The notes: generated by a model from the letters alone, not told the origin. A DNA stretch of 64,000 nucleotides from an uncultured Chloroflexia bacterium (GCA_963712745.1 CAVQJC010000020.1:544001-608000), one strand, 5' to 3'. Counted from the first letter of the stretch, positions 28,217 through 38,338 are shown. Numbers and translations are program-made.

Positions 28217-30949
28217 CTACGGTGAGAGCCACTCGATCTTGTCGCTGAAGACAGCCGACCAGTTGCCCGCGGCATCCCGCACCTGAGCGTAGACGCGGCG
28301 GAGGCCCGGCCTGCCTGAGCCGCCCAACGTCTGGTCGGCCAGGTCCCAGGCGATGGTGTCGCGGACCGCCATCGTGATGCTCTTCTTCAGCCGGCCGCTT
28401 CCGTCCAGCGTGGAGACCCCGGAGAGCCGGACCTTGGTCACCCAGGTGGTGGCATCGTCCCAGCTGAGGCCGAGCGTGACACGACGATCCGCGGTGGTGG
28501 CCGCATCGTCATCGATGGTGAGCGCGCCGGTGGGCCGGTCGCGGTCGCTCGTGCAGGTGTAGATGCGCACGTCGTCGATGTACCAGCCACGCTCCCCGAT
28601 CGAGCGGTCAGAACCCATCCGGAAGCGCACCTTGAGCCGAGAGCCGGCGTATGCCGAGAGATCGATGCGCGCGCTTGCCCAGCCATGCGACGACCCGGTG
28701 AAGGCGGACCGGCCGGCCAGCGGGTTGCCGCCGCCCCTGGCGATGGTGCCGTTGTAGCCACCGTGGGTGAAGAGCTTGCGGACGCTGCGCCAGGGCCCGC
28801 CATCGACGCGGATCTCGACGATGCCCCCGTCGTAACGGCGCTTGGCATCGCGGTCGAAGGAGTAGCCGTGGCCGAAATGCAGATAGGCCTTGGCCGGAAG
28901 CACCACCGGCGTGGTCATGCGCATCATCGCATCGGAACGGTAGGCACGGTTGGGGGCGTAGAAGTTGAACCTGCCGCTGGATGCCCAGGTGCCGTCCCAG
29001 GCAGGCTTGTCGTTGGGGTTCTGGGGCCAGAACCAGCCCTTCTTGCCACCCACGCGCGTGGCGCTCTCCCAGGCCCGAGCCCCGGGATGCTCGAGATCGT
29101 CGTTCAACACGTAGGCCGGCGTCGTGCCACCCCTGCACAACGGCGCGGTGCGGGGCGCCCGCGCCTTGGGCGTGAGGTTCATCTGGGTGGCTCTCGTGGC
29201 GTCTTGCACGGCCGCGCAATGCGCGAACGTGATGCTGTGGCTGCCGGCCAGATCGGTGCAGGCCGAGATCAACGCGTCGGCCAGATCAACGTAGTTGGCG
29301 GCCGGGGTCAGGCGTGTCGTCAAGGCCTGGTACCAGACGCGCGCCATCCGCTCCCGCCCGATGCCCTTGATGCTGTAGCCACCGAATGTGCCGCCCGCGG
29401 CCACGAGCACCGCGGCCTTGTTGCCTACGCCGCTGTTGCGGTGGACACCGCCATCATCGCCCGATCCCGAATACCACTTGGGACTGCGCACGCGGTCGGG
29501 ATGACCATGACGAGTCGGGTCGCGCATGTCGCGGAAGATGCCGATGGGCGTATCCTCGCCGATCTTCCACTTGGTGAAGTCGGTGTCCTTCCCGCCGGGG
29601 TAGGCGAGGTCGATGAGCTCACCGAAGACATCGGCGTATGACTCGTTGATGGCACCGGACTGGTAGTGGTAGAAGAGCGGCGCCTCGGCATCGAGCACTC
29701 CATGGGTGAACTCGTGGCCCACGACGTCATCGGCCCTGGACCAGCCCCGGCCGAAGACGGCCTGCTGCTTGGCCCATTTCCACTCGGCGTTGCCCCAGGG
29801 ACAGCGATCGGCGGGGCAGTAGCGCACGGTGGCCTTCATGCGCGAGCCCTGGCCGTCGATGCCGTCCCGGCCGAAGCGGTCGGCGAAGAAGTCGTAGGTC
29901 GCGCCCATGAGCGTGTACAGCTTGTCCACGTCGGAGACACCCACGGGCGTCTGCCCCTCCGAGCGCGTGACGCCCGAGTCGCAACGCCAGCCACGGCCGC
30001 GGACGTTGCGGTTGTCGCAGATGCGCCGGTTGGGCCCTTCGGCGGTCCGGACGCGACCGATGGTGGTCACGACGTCGCCGTTGAGCGCGTCGATGAGCAC
30101 GAGGCGGTGGTGCGCCCGCACGACTCCGTCTGCGGGAACGTGCGCATCGATGCGCCACACCAGCCGCACCCGCGAGGTGCCGGGGTCGGGGTCGTCCATG
30201 AGGCGCGGATCGTACAGGCCCAGGCCCTCGGAGCGCGTGGTCACGGCTGAGGCAGGCCGACCGGCCAGGCGGGCCAGCCAGATCCGGGCCGTGGTGCGAG
30301 CGCGCCCGGCGCTGACCCTGGCCTTCGTCTTGGTCTTGGAGGCGGAAGGCAGGACTTCACCTGCGGCCGAGAGGACCTCCCCGTCCTGGCTGAGCTGCAC
30401 CACGATCTCGCCACCCAGCACCGCGGCGCCGTCGCGGACCTGCTCGAAGCGCACGGTGGCGCCCACACGCCCCGTCGAGGCGGGGCCGGCGGTGCCGGCA
30501 GGCAGCTGTGACCGTCGCTTGACGGCCCGGACCCGCAGCTCACGCCCGGGCGCCTCAAGGCCAAAGAGCGGGCCGTAGCGGTCGATGAACGCGCGGGACT
30601 TGGCACGCGCGTCGGCGCCGCTCAGCGAGCGCTTGCCGGCCGCCACCGCCACCACCCCGGCGGTGAGCGGCTTGGCCGGGGTGCCCGAGAGAAAGCGGAC
30701 GCGGCCGGTCTCGGGGTGATAGCCGAGCTTCGTCGCGCCCGGCAGCTTCTGGGCCAGCTTCCGGTCCCTCTTGGGCACGTTGGTGTCGCGGATCTCGCGT
30801 GCCGCCCAGCTCCTGGCGGCCTTGGGCTTGTGGTCGGCCCCTGCCGCGGCCGGGATGGCGCCGGACGGCAGCAACAGGATCAGGAGGGCCACGGTCAGGA
30901 TCAGGGCGAGGCCGCCTCTGGGGAGCGACCGCCGAAGGGTCTTGGGCAT
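28217..30949 (-). CDS. M4 (thermolysin) family secreted metallopeptidase with C-terminal beta domains
   Basis: Signal peptide and propeptide; DVVGHEFTHG (HExxH), SGAINESYAD and GGVHRNSG motifs. Confidence 0.92.
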   Translation of the reverse strand: MPKTLRRSLPRGGLALILTVALLILLLPSGAIPAAAGADHKPKAARSWAAREIRDTNVPKRDRKLAQKLPGATKLGYHPETGRVRFLSGTPAKPLTAGVVAVAAGKRSLSGADARAKSRAFIDRYGPLFGLEAPGRELRVRAVKRRSQLPAGTAGPASTGRVGATVRFEQVRDGAAVLGGEIVVQLSQDGEVLSAAGEVLPSASKTKTKARVSAGRARTTARIWLARLAGRPASAVTTRSEGLGLYDPRLMDDPDPGTSRVRLVWRIDAHVPADGVVRAHHRLVLIDALNGDVVTTIGRVRTAEGPNRRICDNRNVRGRGWRCDSGVTRSEGQTPVGVSDVDKLYTLMGATYDFFADRFGRDGIDGQGSRMKATVRYCPADRCPWGNAEWKWAKQQAVFGRGWSRADDVVGHEFTHGVLDAEAPLFYHYQSGAINESYADVFGELIDLAYPGGKDTDFTKWKIGEDTPIGIFRDMRDPTRHGHPDRVRSPKWYSGSGDDGGVHRNSGVGNKAAVLVAAGGTFGGYSIKGIGRERMARVWYQALTTRLTPAANYVDLADALISACTDLAGSHSITFAHCAAVQDATRATQMNLTPKARAPRTAPLCRGGTTPAYVLNDDLEHPGARAWESATRVGGKKGWFWPQNPNDKPAWDGTWASSGRFNFYAPNRAYRSDAMMRMTTPVVLPAKAYLHFGHGYSFDRDAKRRYDGGIVEIRVDGGPWRSVRKLFTHGGYNGTIARGGGNPLAGRSAFTGSSHGWASARIDLSAYAGSRLKVRFRMGSDRSIGERGWYIDDVRIYTCTSDRDRPTGALTIDDDAATTADRRVTLGLSWDDATTWVTKVRLSGVSTLDGSGRLKKSITMAVRDTIAWDLADQTLGGSGRPGLRRVYAQVRDAAGNWSAVFSDKIEWLSP

Positions 30950-31156
30950 GACGCCGCGTACGGTACACGACCGGTCAGTTCGTGCAGCCCCGCCAGGGGC
31001 GCCTCGGCCCCGGGACCCGAAGGTACCCTCGAGCTCAAAGCGTGACCGGCTTGCCCTGCGGTCTAACCCGCCTGCGCACTACCATGACCGCACTGGCCGC
31101 GATCCCCTGCGCCTTCATCATCGACGTGATCCAGGATCGAACGAATGGAGGGACCG

Positions 31157-32578
31157 ATGCGAACGCTCATCACGAACGGAACCGTCGTCAATGCCGACAG
31201 CTCCTACCGGGCCGATGTGCTCATCGAGGACGAGACGATCGCGGCGGTTGGCGTGATCGGGGATGGGACCGCCTCCGGGCAGGTGCTGAGTGCTCTTGCC
31301 GAGCTGGCCGTGGACAAGACCATCGACGCCCGGGACCGCTGGGTCATCCCCGGCGGGATCGACCCGCACACGCACTTCGACCTGCCCTTCGGGGGCACCT
31401 ACTCCAAGGACGACTTCGAGACCGGGACGCGCGCGGCGGCGTTCGGCGGAACCACCACCATCATCGACTTCGCCGTGCAGGGCAAGGGCGAGGCGCTGCG
31501 TCCGGGCCTCGAGACCTGGATGGCCAAGGCTGAAGGCAAGAGCAGCATCGACTACGGCTTCCACATGATCATGGGCGACGTCACCGACGCCACCCTCAAG
31601 GAGATGGACACGCTCGTGGCCGAGGGTGTCACCGATTTCAAACTCTTCACCGCGTATCCCGGCGTCTTCCTGTCCGACGACGGCGCCATCTTCGCGGCCA
31701 TGCGTCAGACGGCCGACAATGGCGGCCTCATCCTCATGCATGCCGAGAACGGCGTGGCCATCGACATCGTAGCCAACGCCAACGCCGAGGCGGGTCTGAC
31801 CGACCCCTACTACCACGGCGTCTCGCGCATGCCGGTCTTCGAGGGCGAGTGCGTGAACCGCGTCATCCGCTTCGCCGAGGCCGCCGACGTGCCGGTCTAC
31901 ATCGTCCACCTCTCCTCCCGCGATGCGCTCGAGGAGGTCGTGCGAGGCCGTGACCGCGGGGCCATGGCCTTCGCTGAGACATGTCCCCAGTACCTCTTCC
32001 TCTCGCTCGAGGACATGGGCAACGGCTTCGAGGGCGCCAAGTACGTGTGCTCGCCGCCGCTGCGTCCGGCCGACCACCAGGAGGATCTGTGGCGCGGGCT
32101 AGTCAGGGACGACCTGCAGACCGTGGGCACTGACCACTGCCCCTTCGACTTCGTCGGCCAGAAGGACCTGGGGGTGGGCGACTTCCGCAAGATCCCCAAC
32201 GGCCTGCCGGGCGTCGAGGAGCGCGTGGACCTGATGTTCCAGGGCGTGGTCAACGGTCGCTATGGCAAGGAGCGATGGGTCGAGGTCATCTCCACCTCGG
32301 CCGCCCGGATCTTCGGCCTGGCCGCACGGAAAGGCGTGGTCGCCCCCGGTTACGACGCCGACCTGGTCATCTACGACCCCCAGAAGAAGCACGTCCTCTC
32401 GGCCTCCACGCACCACATGAACGTGGACTACTCCTGCTACGAAGGCATGGAGGTGCAGGGCCACAGTGACATCGTGCTGTCCCGCGGCAAGGTCATCGTC
32501 GAGGACGGCGAGTGGCTCGGCCATCCCGGCCAGGGCCAGTTCCTGCGGCGCGAGGTCGCGCGCGAGTATCTGAAGTAG
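31157..32578 (+). CDS. hydA: Dihydropyrimidinase / D-hydantoinase
   Basis: PGGIDPHTH, GGTTTIIDF, FKLFTAY, HAENG, ETCPQYL, KYVCSPPLR, TDHCPF and IPNGLPGVE motifs. Confidence 0.95.
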   Translation: MRTLITNGTVVNADSSYRADVLIEDETIAAVGVIGDGTASGQVLSALAELAVDKTIDARDRWVIPGGIDPHTHFDLPFGGTYSKDDFETGTRAAAFGGTTTIIDFAVQGKGEALRPGLETWMAKAEGKSSIDYGFHMIMGDVTDATLKEMDTLVAEGVTDFKLFTAYPGVFLSDDGAIFAAMRQTADNGGLILMHAENGVAIDIVANANAEAGLTDPYYHGVSRMPVFEGECVNRVIRFAEAADVPVYIVHLSSRDALEEVVRGRDRGAMAFAETCPQYLFLSLEDMGNGFEGAKYVCSPPLRPADHQEDLWRGLVRDDLQTVGTDHCPFDFVGQKDLGVGDFRKIPNGLPGVEERVDLMFQGVVNGRYGKERWVEVISTSAARIFGLAARKGVVAPGYDADLVIYDPQKKHVLSASTHHMNVDYSCYEGMEVQGHSDIVLSRGKVIVEDGEWLGHPGQGQFLRREVAREYLK

Positions 32579-32730
32579 CCAGGGATACCGGCGCAGCGTG
32601 AGCAGGGCTACGCCGGGAAGTCCGGCCCACCGGGCAGATCGAGGATCGGCCGGGCCCGACTGCTCCGGGCCGGCCGCCGCGCTCAGGCCGGGCTGTTGGG
32701 GCCTTTCTCCGGAGCGGGCATGCGACTGGG

Positions 32731-32845
32731 CGAGCCGGCATTCCCGTTCAATGGGCCAACCGGCAAGCGACCGGCCGAGCCGGCATTCCCGTTCAATGGG
32801 CCAACCGGCAAGCGACCGGCCGAGCCGGCATTCCCGCTCAACGGG
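32731..32845. repeat. Tandem repeat, 45 bp x about 2.5
   Basis: CGAGCCGGCATTCCCGYTCAAYGGG at 32731, 32776 and 32821. Confidence 0.9.
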
Positions 32846-32923
32846 AGCAAGTGATGCAGTTTCCCGCTGGGCGGCAGGATCATGCACTCGGCGCACAAGG
32901 ACCCGCGCTCCGGGGCGGCGACT

Positions 32924-33027
32924 GGTCGCACTGTGCCGCTGAACGGCAAGCATCACGGGCCCAGGGTCGCACCGTGCCGCTGAACGGCAAGCATCACGGG
33001 CCCAGGGTCGCACCGTGCCGCTGAACG
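32924..33027. repeat. Tandem repeat, 41 bp x about 2.5
   Basis: GGTCGCACYGTGCCGCTGAACG at 32924, 32965 and 33006. Confidence 0.9.
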
Positions 33028-34313
33028 ACGGTCTGTCCCGGTCTAGCTCGGACCGCAGACCGGACCACCACGGGGAATCCGGCCTGCCCCAGGCGCGACG
33101 GCGCGCGACGCGCCTGCTGGTGGCGGCGGCGGCACTTGTCTCCATCGCGCACATCGCCGCCATCACCGTGGCCGCCATCGCCGCGCGCGAGATGCTCGAC
33201 GGCGCCGGCTTCGCCGGCGCCTCCACCACGACCACCATCCTGGGCTCGGCCCTGGGTACTTCGCTGCTGGCCTGGCTCATGGTCCGTCGCGGGCGCCGGA
33301 CCGGGCTCGTGCTCGGCCTGGCCATGGCCGTGGCCGGTGCGCTGGTCGCGTCCGCCTCGGTGTTGGCCGGCTCGTTCCCTCTCCTGCTGGTGGGCACGTT
33401 CCTGTTCGGCTTCGGCAACGCCGCCGCCAATCTCTCTCGCTACGTGGCCGCGGACATGGCGACGGCCGCGGGCAGAGCGTGGGCCATCGGCCTGGTCGTA
33501 TGGGCAGCCACCGTGGGCGCCGTCGTCGGTCCCAACCTCGCGCCGCTGGCGGCCTCGGTCACGGAGGGCCTGGGCGTGGCCTCGCTGGTGGGCCCTTTCA
33601 TGCTGGCCGCAGTGATCCTGAGCGTGGCCGCCATCCTGCTCTTCGGCTGGCTGCGTCCTGACCCCTACGATCTCGCCGACGAATCCTCGCGCATCGAACC
33701 CCAGGACCGAGGCGGCGGGGAATCGATGCGGCGTGTCCTCTCCCGCCCGACCGTGGCCATCGCGGTCATCGCCATGGTCCTGGGCCAAGTGGTGATGGTG
33801 GCCATCATGACCATGACGCCGGTGCATATGGACGACTACGGCCACGGGCTGGAAGCGATCGGCCTCGTCATCAGTGCGCACACGCTGGGCATGTTCGCGC
33901 TCTCTCCGCTCTCGGGCCGCCTGGCCGGTCGCATCGGCATGGTCCCCTCGATCCTGGTGGCAGCCGCCATCCTGGCCCTGGCCGCGGTGGTGACCGTCGT
34001 GGCGCCCGCTGACGCCGGGCCGGTGTTGGCGGTCGGCCTGTTCCTGCTCGGCTACGGCTGGAACCTGGGGTTCGTGGCCGGCAGCACGCTGCTGGTAAGC
34101 GGAGTCGAGCACGCCGAGCGGACCCGCACCGAGGGCTTCAGCGACACGCTGGTGTGGGGCAGCTCGGCTCTGGCCAGCCTGGCCTCGGGCTTGGTCCTGG
34201 CCAGTGTCGGGTTCGCCGCACTGGGAGCCGTCAGCCTTGTCCTCGTGGGATTCGGAGTGGTGGTCATCCTGCGCCTGCGCTCGGCCCTCGCCCCAGAGGC
34301 CGCCGCTGCCTGA
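33015..34313 (+). CDS. MFS transporter
   Basis: About 12 TM segments; RRGRR.GL, RYVAAD, VGPNL and M.MTPVHM..GH motifs. Start is uncertain because it lies inside the repeat. Confidence 0.88.
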   Translation: MPLNDGLSRSSSDRRPDHHGESGLPQARRRATRLLVAAAALVSIAHIAAITVAAIAAREMLDGAGFAGASTTTTILGSALGTSLLAWLMVRRGRRTGLVLGLAMAVAGALVASASVLAGSFPLLLVGTFLFGFGNAAANLSRYVAADMATAAGRAWAIGLVVWAATVGAVVGPNLAPLAASVTEGLGVASLVGPFMLAAVILSVAAILLFGWLRPDPYDLADESSRIEPQDRGGGESMRRVLSRPTVAIAVIAMVLGQVVMVAIMTMTPVHMDDYGHGLEAIGLVISAHTLGMFALSPLSGRLAGRIGMVPSILVAAAILALAAVVTVVAPADAGPVLAVGLFLLGYGWNLGFVAGSTLLVSGVEHAERTRTEGFSDTLVWGSSALASLASGLVLASVGFAALGAVSLVLVGFGVVVILRLRSALAPEAAAA

Positions 34314-34331
34314 TCCCGCCGAGCCCGGAGC

Positions 34332-35000
34332 CTAGCCCCCGGCGTCCTCCCAGCTGACCATGAGTCCCTCGCCGTCGGCCACGGCGGTGATCGACTGCAG
34401 GCCATGAGTGTGATGGTCCGCCTCGCCCAGATCGTCGAGTCCATGGGTCGTGAGCACGGCCAGCACGGTGGCGCCGGCCGCCTTGCCCGCGCTGATGCCG
34501 GCCGGCGCATCCTCCACCACCAGGCAGCGCGCGGGATCGACGCCCAGCAGCTCCGCCGCCCGCAGGTAGGGATCGGGCGCGGGCTTGCCGTTCTCGATGT
34601 CGTCAACGGTCACCAGCGCGGATGGCTCGGGCAGGCCCGCGTGGGCCAGCCAATGGCGGGCGATCATGCGAAAGGCGCTGGTGGCGATCGCCCAGCGGCC
34701 GGCCGGCAGTGCCCCCAGCAGCCTCGGGGCACCGGGCATGGGAGCGATGGCGTCGTCCACGCCGTCTTCATCGAGGGCCTCGTTGAATGCCTCGGACTCG
34801 GCCACGGCATCGAGGTGCGGAGCTACGATGCGCACCGTCTCCACGGGCGGACGCCCAGGATGGACGTGGGCGATGTCACGGTCGTAGTCGTAGCCATGTT
34901 GGGCGCCCCAGATGCGCCAGTGCCTGGCGTAGACGTCGCCCGAGTCGATGACGACCCCATCCATGTCGAAGATCAGTGCGTCCACGCGCAGCTCAGGCAT
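34332..35000 (-). CDS. HAD-IA family sugar-phosphate phosphatase (YfbT/HxpA-like)
   Basis: FDMDGVVIDS, ATSA, GKPAPDPY and VEDAPAG motifs. Confidence 0.9.
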   Translation of the reverse strand: MPELRVDALIFDMDGVVIDSGDVYARHWRIWGAQHGYDYDRDIAHVHPGRPPVETVRIVAPHLDAVAESEAFNEALDEDGVDDAIAPMPGAPRLLGALPAGRWAIATSAFRMIARHWLAHAGLPEPSALVTVDDIENGKPAPDPYLRAAELLGVDPARCLVVEDAPAGISAGKAAGATVLAVLTTHGLDDLGEADHHTHGLQSITAVADGEGLMVSWEDAGG

Positions 35001-35475
35001 CGGCTCCCTCCAGGCTTGGCTCGAGGATGACCACGGGGATGTCCCGCTCGGTCGCCTCAGCGTACCTCTGGTAGTGGTCCGTCCGGTCGGCGAACCTCGC
35101 CCACAGCCGCGCTCGCTCGTCGGGCTCGGCCTCCCTTGCCCGCACTGCGATGCTCCGACCCGGCAGCTCGATCCTGGCTGCCGGTCGCTACAGCAGGTTC
35201 AGCCACCAGGCCGGTGCCTGGGCCGCGCCGGCGTTGGAAGCCACGACCGCGAAGGCCTCGCCGTCGGGAAGGTAGAAGAGCATCGAGGTGCGTTCGCGGC
35301 CGGAGCGTCGTCCGGTCGTATGCAGGCGCAGGGTCCCCAGTCGGTCGGACGCACTCAGACGGAGGCCGAGCCGGCCGCCGCTGAGGGCGTATCCGGTCCG
35401 GTGCAGTGCCCAAAGGATGCGGTACACCCATCTCGGCGGGACGGCTCCGCCGCCCCGCCGCGGGTCCTGGGTCAA
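34993..35475 (-). pseudogene. Deazaflavin (F420)-dependent nitroreductase (DDN family) interrupted by an in-frame TAG at 35188-35190
   Basis: TTGRRSG..R and VASNAG...PAWWLNL*, continuing in frame RPAARIE...ERARLW...Y..Y...TERDIPVVILEP to TGA at 34993, which overlaps the HAD start. Confidence 0.85.
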
Positions 35476-35479
35476 GCGC

Positions 35480-37018
35480 CTACTTGGTGCGCGGGAAGCC
35501 CAGGTTGATCTCGGAGGTCGAGGGGTCAGGCCAGCGCGCGGTGATGACCTTGCCCTTGGTGTAGAACTTCATGCCCTCGGGCCCGTACATGTGCGTGTCG
35601 CCGAAGAGCGAGGCGCGCCAGCCACCGAAGGAGTAGTACGAGACCGGCACCGGGATGGGCACGTTGATGCCCACCATCCCGACATCGATGTCGAACTGGA
35701 ACTGGCGAGCTGCGCCACCGTCACGGGTGAAGATGGCAGTGCCGTTGCCGAACTCGTGGCTGTTGGTCAGCGCCACGGCTTCCTCGTAGGTGTCCACGCG
35801 GACGACCGTCAGCACCGGGCCGAAGATCTCGTCCCTGTAGCAGGACATCTCGGGGGTAACGTCGTCGATGAGCGAGACGCCCAGGTAGAAGCCATCGGAG
35901 TCCTTGAACAACGGGTGCTCGCGGCCGTCAGCCACGATGGTGGCTCCATCCTTCTCGCCTGCTTCGATGTAGCTGGCGACCTTGTCGCGGTGCTGCTCGG
36001 TGACGAGCGGGCCCATCATCGATTCGGGCTTGGTGCCGTCGCCGACCACGACCTGCGGCAGGCGTTCCTTGATGGCCTCGATGAGCGGGTCGTGGACGTC
36101 GCCCACGGTGACGACCGTGGCGATGGCCATGCAGCGCTCGCCGGCGCTGCCGTAGCCGGCATTGATGCAGGCGTCGGCGGTGAGGCCGATGTCCGCGTCA
36201 GGCAGCACGATCATGTGGTTCTTGGCGCCGCCCAGGGCCTGGACGCGCTTGCCGGCCTTGGAGCCGGTCTCGTAGATGCGCTTGGCCGCGGGGGTGGAGC
36301 CCACGAACGAGACGGCCGCGATGTCGGGATGCTCGGTCAGGCCGGCCACCGCCACACGGTCACCCTGGAGCACGTTGAAGACACCGTCGGGGAGACCCGC
36401 GTCCTGCATCAGCTGAGCCAGGAGCAGGGAGACGGAGGGGTCGACCGTGGAGGGCTTGAGGATGAAGGTGTTGCCGGTGGCGATGGCGTTGCCGAACATC
36501 CACATCGGCACCATGGCCGGGAAGTTGAAGGGGGTGATGCCGGCAACCACGCCGAGTGGCTGGCGGATGGAGTAGACGTCCACGCCGCCGGACACCTGCT
36601 CGCTGAACTCGCCCTTCTGCATCTGCGGCACGCTGCAGGCGAACTCGATGTTCTCGATGCCGCGGGCCAACTCGCCGGCCGAGTCGGAGAGGACCTTGCC
36701 GTGCTCGGACGTGATGAGCGCGGAGATCTCATCGCGGTGGGCGTCGAACGCGTTGCGGATGCGGAACATCGTGTCCGCGCGCTTGGCCAGCGAGGTGGCG
36801 CGCCACATGGGGAACGCTTCCTTCGCGGCCGCGATGGCCATCTCGATCTCTGCCACGCTGGCGACATCGACGGTCTTGGTCTGCTCGCCGGTAGCCGGGT
36901 TGTATACCGGGCGGCTGTTGCCGGATGTCGACGGCACGAGCCGGCCGTTGATCCAGTGGTTGACCCTGGGAAGGCCGGCCAGGGCCTCGGACGCCTGCGG
37001 CTCCATCGTCTGTGTCAT
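35480..37018 (-). CDS. mmsA: CoA-acylating (methyl)malonate-semialdehyde dehydrogenase
   Basis: GITPFNFPAMVPMW, FVGST, QALGGAKNH, GSAGERCMA, EIFGPVL and GINVPIPVP motifs. Confidence 0.95.
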   Translation of the reverse strand: MTQTMEPQASEALAGLPRVNHWINGRLVPSTSGNSRPVYNPATGEQTKTVDVASVAEIEMAIAAAKEAFPMWRATSLAKRADTMFRIRNAFDAHRDEISALITSEHGKVLSDSAGELARGIENIEFACSVPQMQKGEFSEQVSGGVDVYSIRQPLGVVAGITPFNFPAMVPMWMFGNAIATGNTFILKPSTVDPSVSLLLAQLMQDAGLPDGVFNVLQGDRVAVAGLTEHPDIAAVSFVGSTPAAKRIYETGSKAGKRVQALGGAKNHMIVLPDADIGLTADACINAGYGSAGERCMAIATVVTVGDVHDPLIEAIKERLPQVVVGDGTKPESMMGPLVTEQHRDKVASYIEAGEKDGATIVADGREHPLFKDSDGFYLGVSLIDDVTPEMSCYRDEIFGPVLTVVRVDTYEEAVALTNSHEFGNGTAIFTRDGGAARQFQFDIDVGMVGINVPIPVPVSYYSFGGWRASLFGDTHMYGPEGMKFYTKGKVITARWPDPSTSEINLGFPRTK

Positions 37019-37153
37019 GTACGTTGACCTCGTCTCGGGAGTGTGTGGAGTCAAAGATAATCGATTATGTCCAGCAGGGCCCATGGCCGAACGGCCCGCT
37101 GAGTGGGGACCTCGGCCGCCGGGCGTCCAGGCCCGGCCCGGGGTGATGACGGT

Positions 37154-37244
37154 CGCGCCGGCAGCCCCTCTCGCTGGCCGCGGTGGCGGCCCCTGTCGCC
37201 GGCCGCGCCCGCAGCCCCTGTCGCTGGCCGCGCCGGCGGCCCCT
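37154..37244. repeat. Degenerate tandem repeat, 25 bp x about 4, abutting the mdh stop codon
   Basis: GCRGCCCCT at 37161, 37186, 37211 and 37236. Confidence 0.8.
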
Positions 37245-38202
37245 AATCCTCGGCCGGGTCGCGCAGCTCGCCCATCGATACCAGCTTGTGGACGAGGCCA
37301 CGAACGGCCGTGGCCGAGTTGGCGAACTGCGCCTGCTCATCGGCGGTCAGACCGATCTCCACGATGCCCTCGACGCCGCCGCCGCCGAGCCGGGTGGGTA
37401 CGCCCATGTACAGCCCGTCCACGCCGTACTGGCCCTCCAGATACGCCGCACACGGAAGGACCATGTGGCGATCGTTGACGATGGAGCCCACCATCGCGGC
37501 CACTGACGAGGCCGGTGCGTAGAAGGCACTGCCGGTCTTGAGCAGGGACACGATCTCGGCACCACCGTTGCGGGTGCGCTCGACGAGCGCCTCGATGCGG
37601 TCGGGCGCCATGAGTTCGGTGATAGGCACGCCCCCGACCGTGGAATAGCGCGGCAACGGCACCATCGTGTCGCCATGGCCGCCGAGCACGAACGCGAAGG
37701 TGTTCGCCACCGAGACACCGAGCTCCATGGCGATGAACGTGCGGAAGCGGCTGGAATCGAGCACACCGGCCATACCGACCACGCGCTCCGAGGGCAGGCC
37801 GCTGGCCTCGAGCGCCACGTGGCACATGGCGTCCAACGGGTTGGTCACGACGATGACGACGGCCTCCGGCGAGTACGACACCGACTGCTCGACGACGCTG
37901 CGCACGATACCTGCGTTCCTGGCCATGAGGTCATCCCGGCTCATGCCCGGCTGGCGGGCGAGCCCGGAGGTCACCACGATGACGTCGGAACCTGCGGTAT
38001 CGGCGTAGTCGTTGGTGCCCTGCACCTCCATGTCGTGGCCGGCGACCGGCGCGGCCTGGGCCAGGTCGAGCGCCTTGCCCTGCGGCAGACCCTCGACGAT
38101 GTCCACGAGCCAGACGTCGGCGAGGCCCTGTTCCACGATTCGTTGGGCGGTCGTTGCGCCGACGTTGCCGGCGCCGATGACGGTGACGAGCGGATTGGCC
38201 AT
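37243..38202 (-). CDS. mdh: Malate dehydrogenase (LDH-like)
   Basis: [39 protein letters not shown] and GSAFYAP motifs. Confidence 0.96.
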   Translation of the reverse strand: MANPLVTVIGAGNVGATTAQRIVEQGLADVWLVDIVEGLPQGKALDLAQAAPVAGHDMEVQGTNDYADTAGSDVIVVTSGLARQPGMSRDDLMARNAGIVRSVVEQSVSYSPEAVVIVVTNPLDAMCHVALEASGLPSERVVGMAGVLDSSRFRTFIAMELGVSVANTFAFVLGGHGDTMVPLPRYSTVGGVPITELMAPDRIEALVERTRNGGAEIVSLLKTGSAFYAPASSVAAMVGSIVNDRHMVLPCAAYLEGQYGVDGLYMGVPTRLGGGGVEGIVEIGLTADEQAQFANSATAVRGLVHKLVSMGELRDPAED

Positions 38203-38338
38203 GGGCTGGGCGACTCCTCAGATGCGTCGGTTCTGGAGTGCCAATGCTACTCCCCTGCCCGGCCCGAGCCCGTGCCTACCCGCGCCGCCCGCGCCGAGAG
38301 CGCCAGCCGCCCGCTCCGCCACGTTGACAGCGGCGACG

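Noticed and set aside
32598-32900. GGGAAGTCCGGCCCACCGGGCAG resembles the RNase P RNA 5' conserved region
   Set aside because: The match to GAGGAAAGTCC is poor, the 3' ACAGAA..CGGCTTA element is missing, and the downstream sequence is tandem repeat.
35188-35190. Genome-wide amber recoding
   Set aside because: TAG is the evident terminator of many intact genes here (hoxH, hoxY, mdh, mmsA, hydA).
35288-37027. Long antisense ORFs (this one, and 999-2498, 50183-51748, 25932-27665, 61619-63283)
   Set aside because: Typical high-GC shadow frames opposite well-conserved genes, with no motifs of their own.
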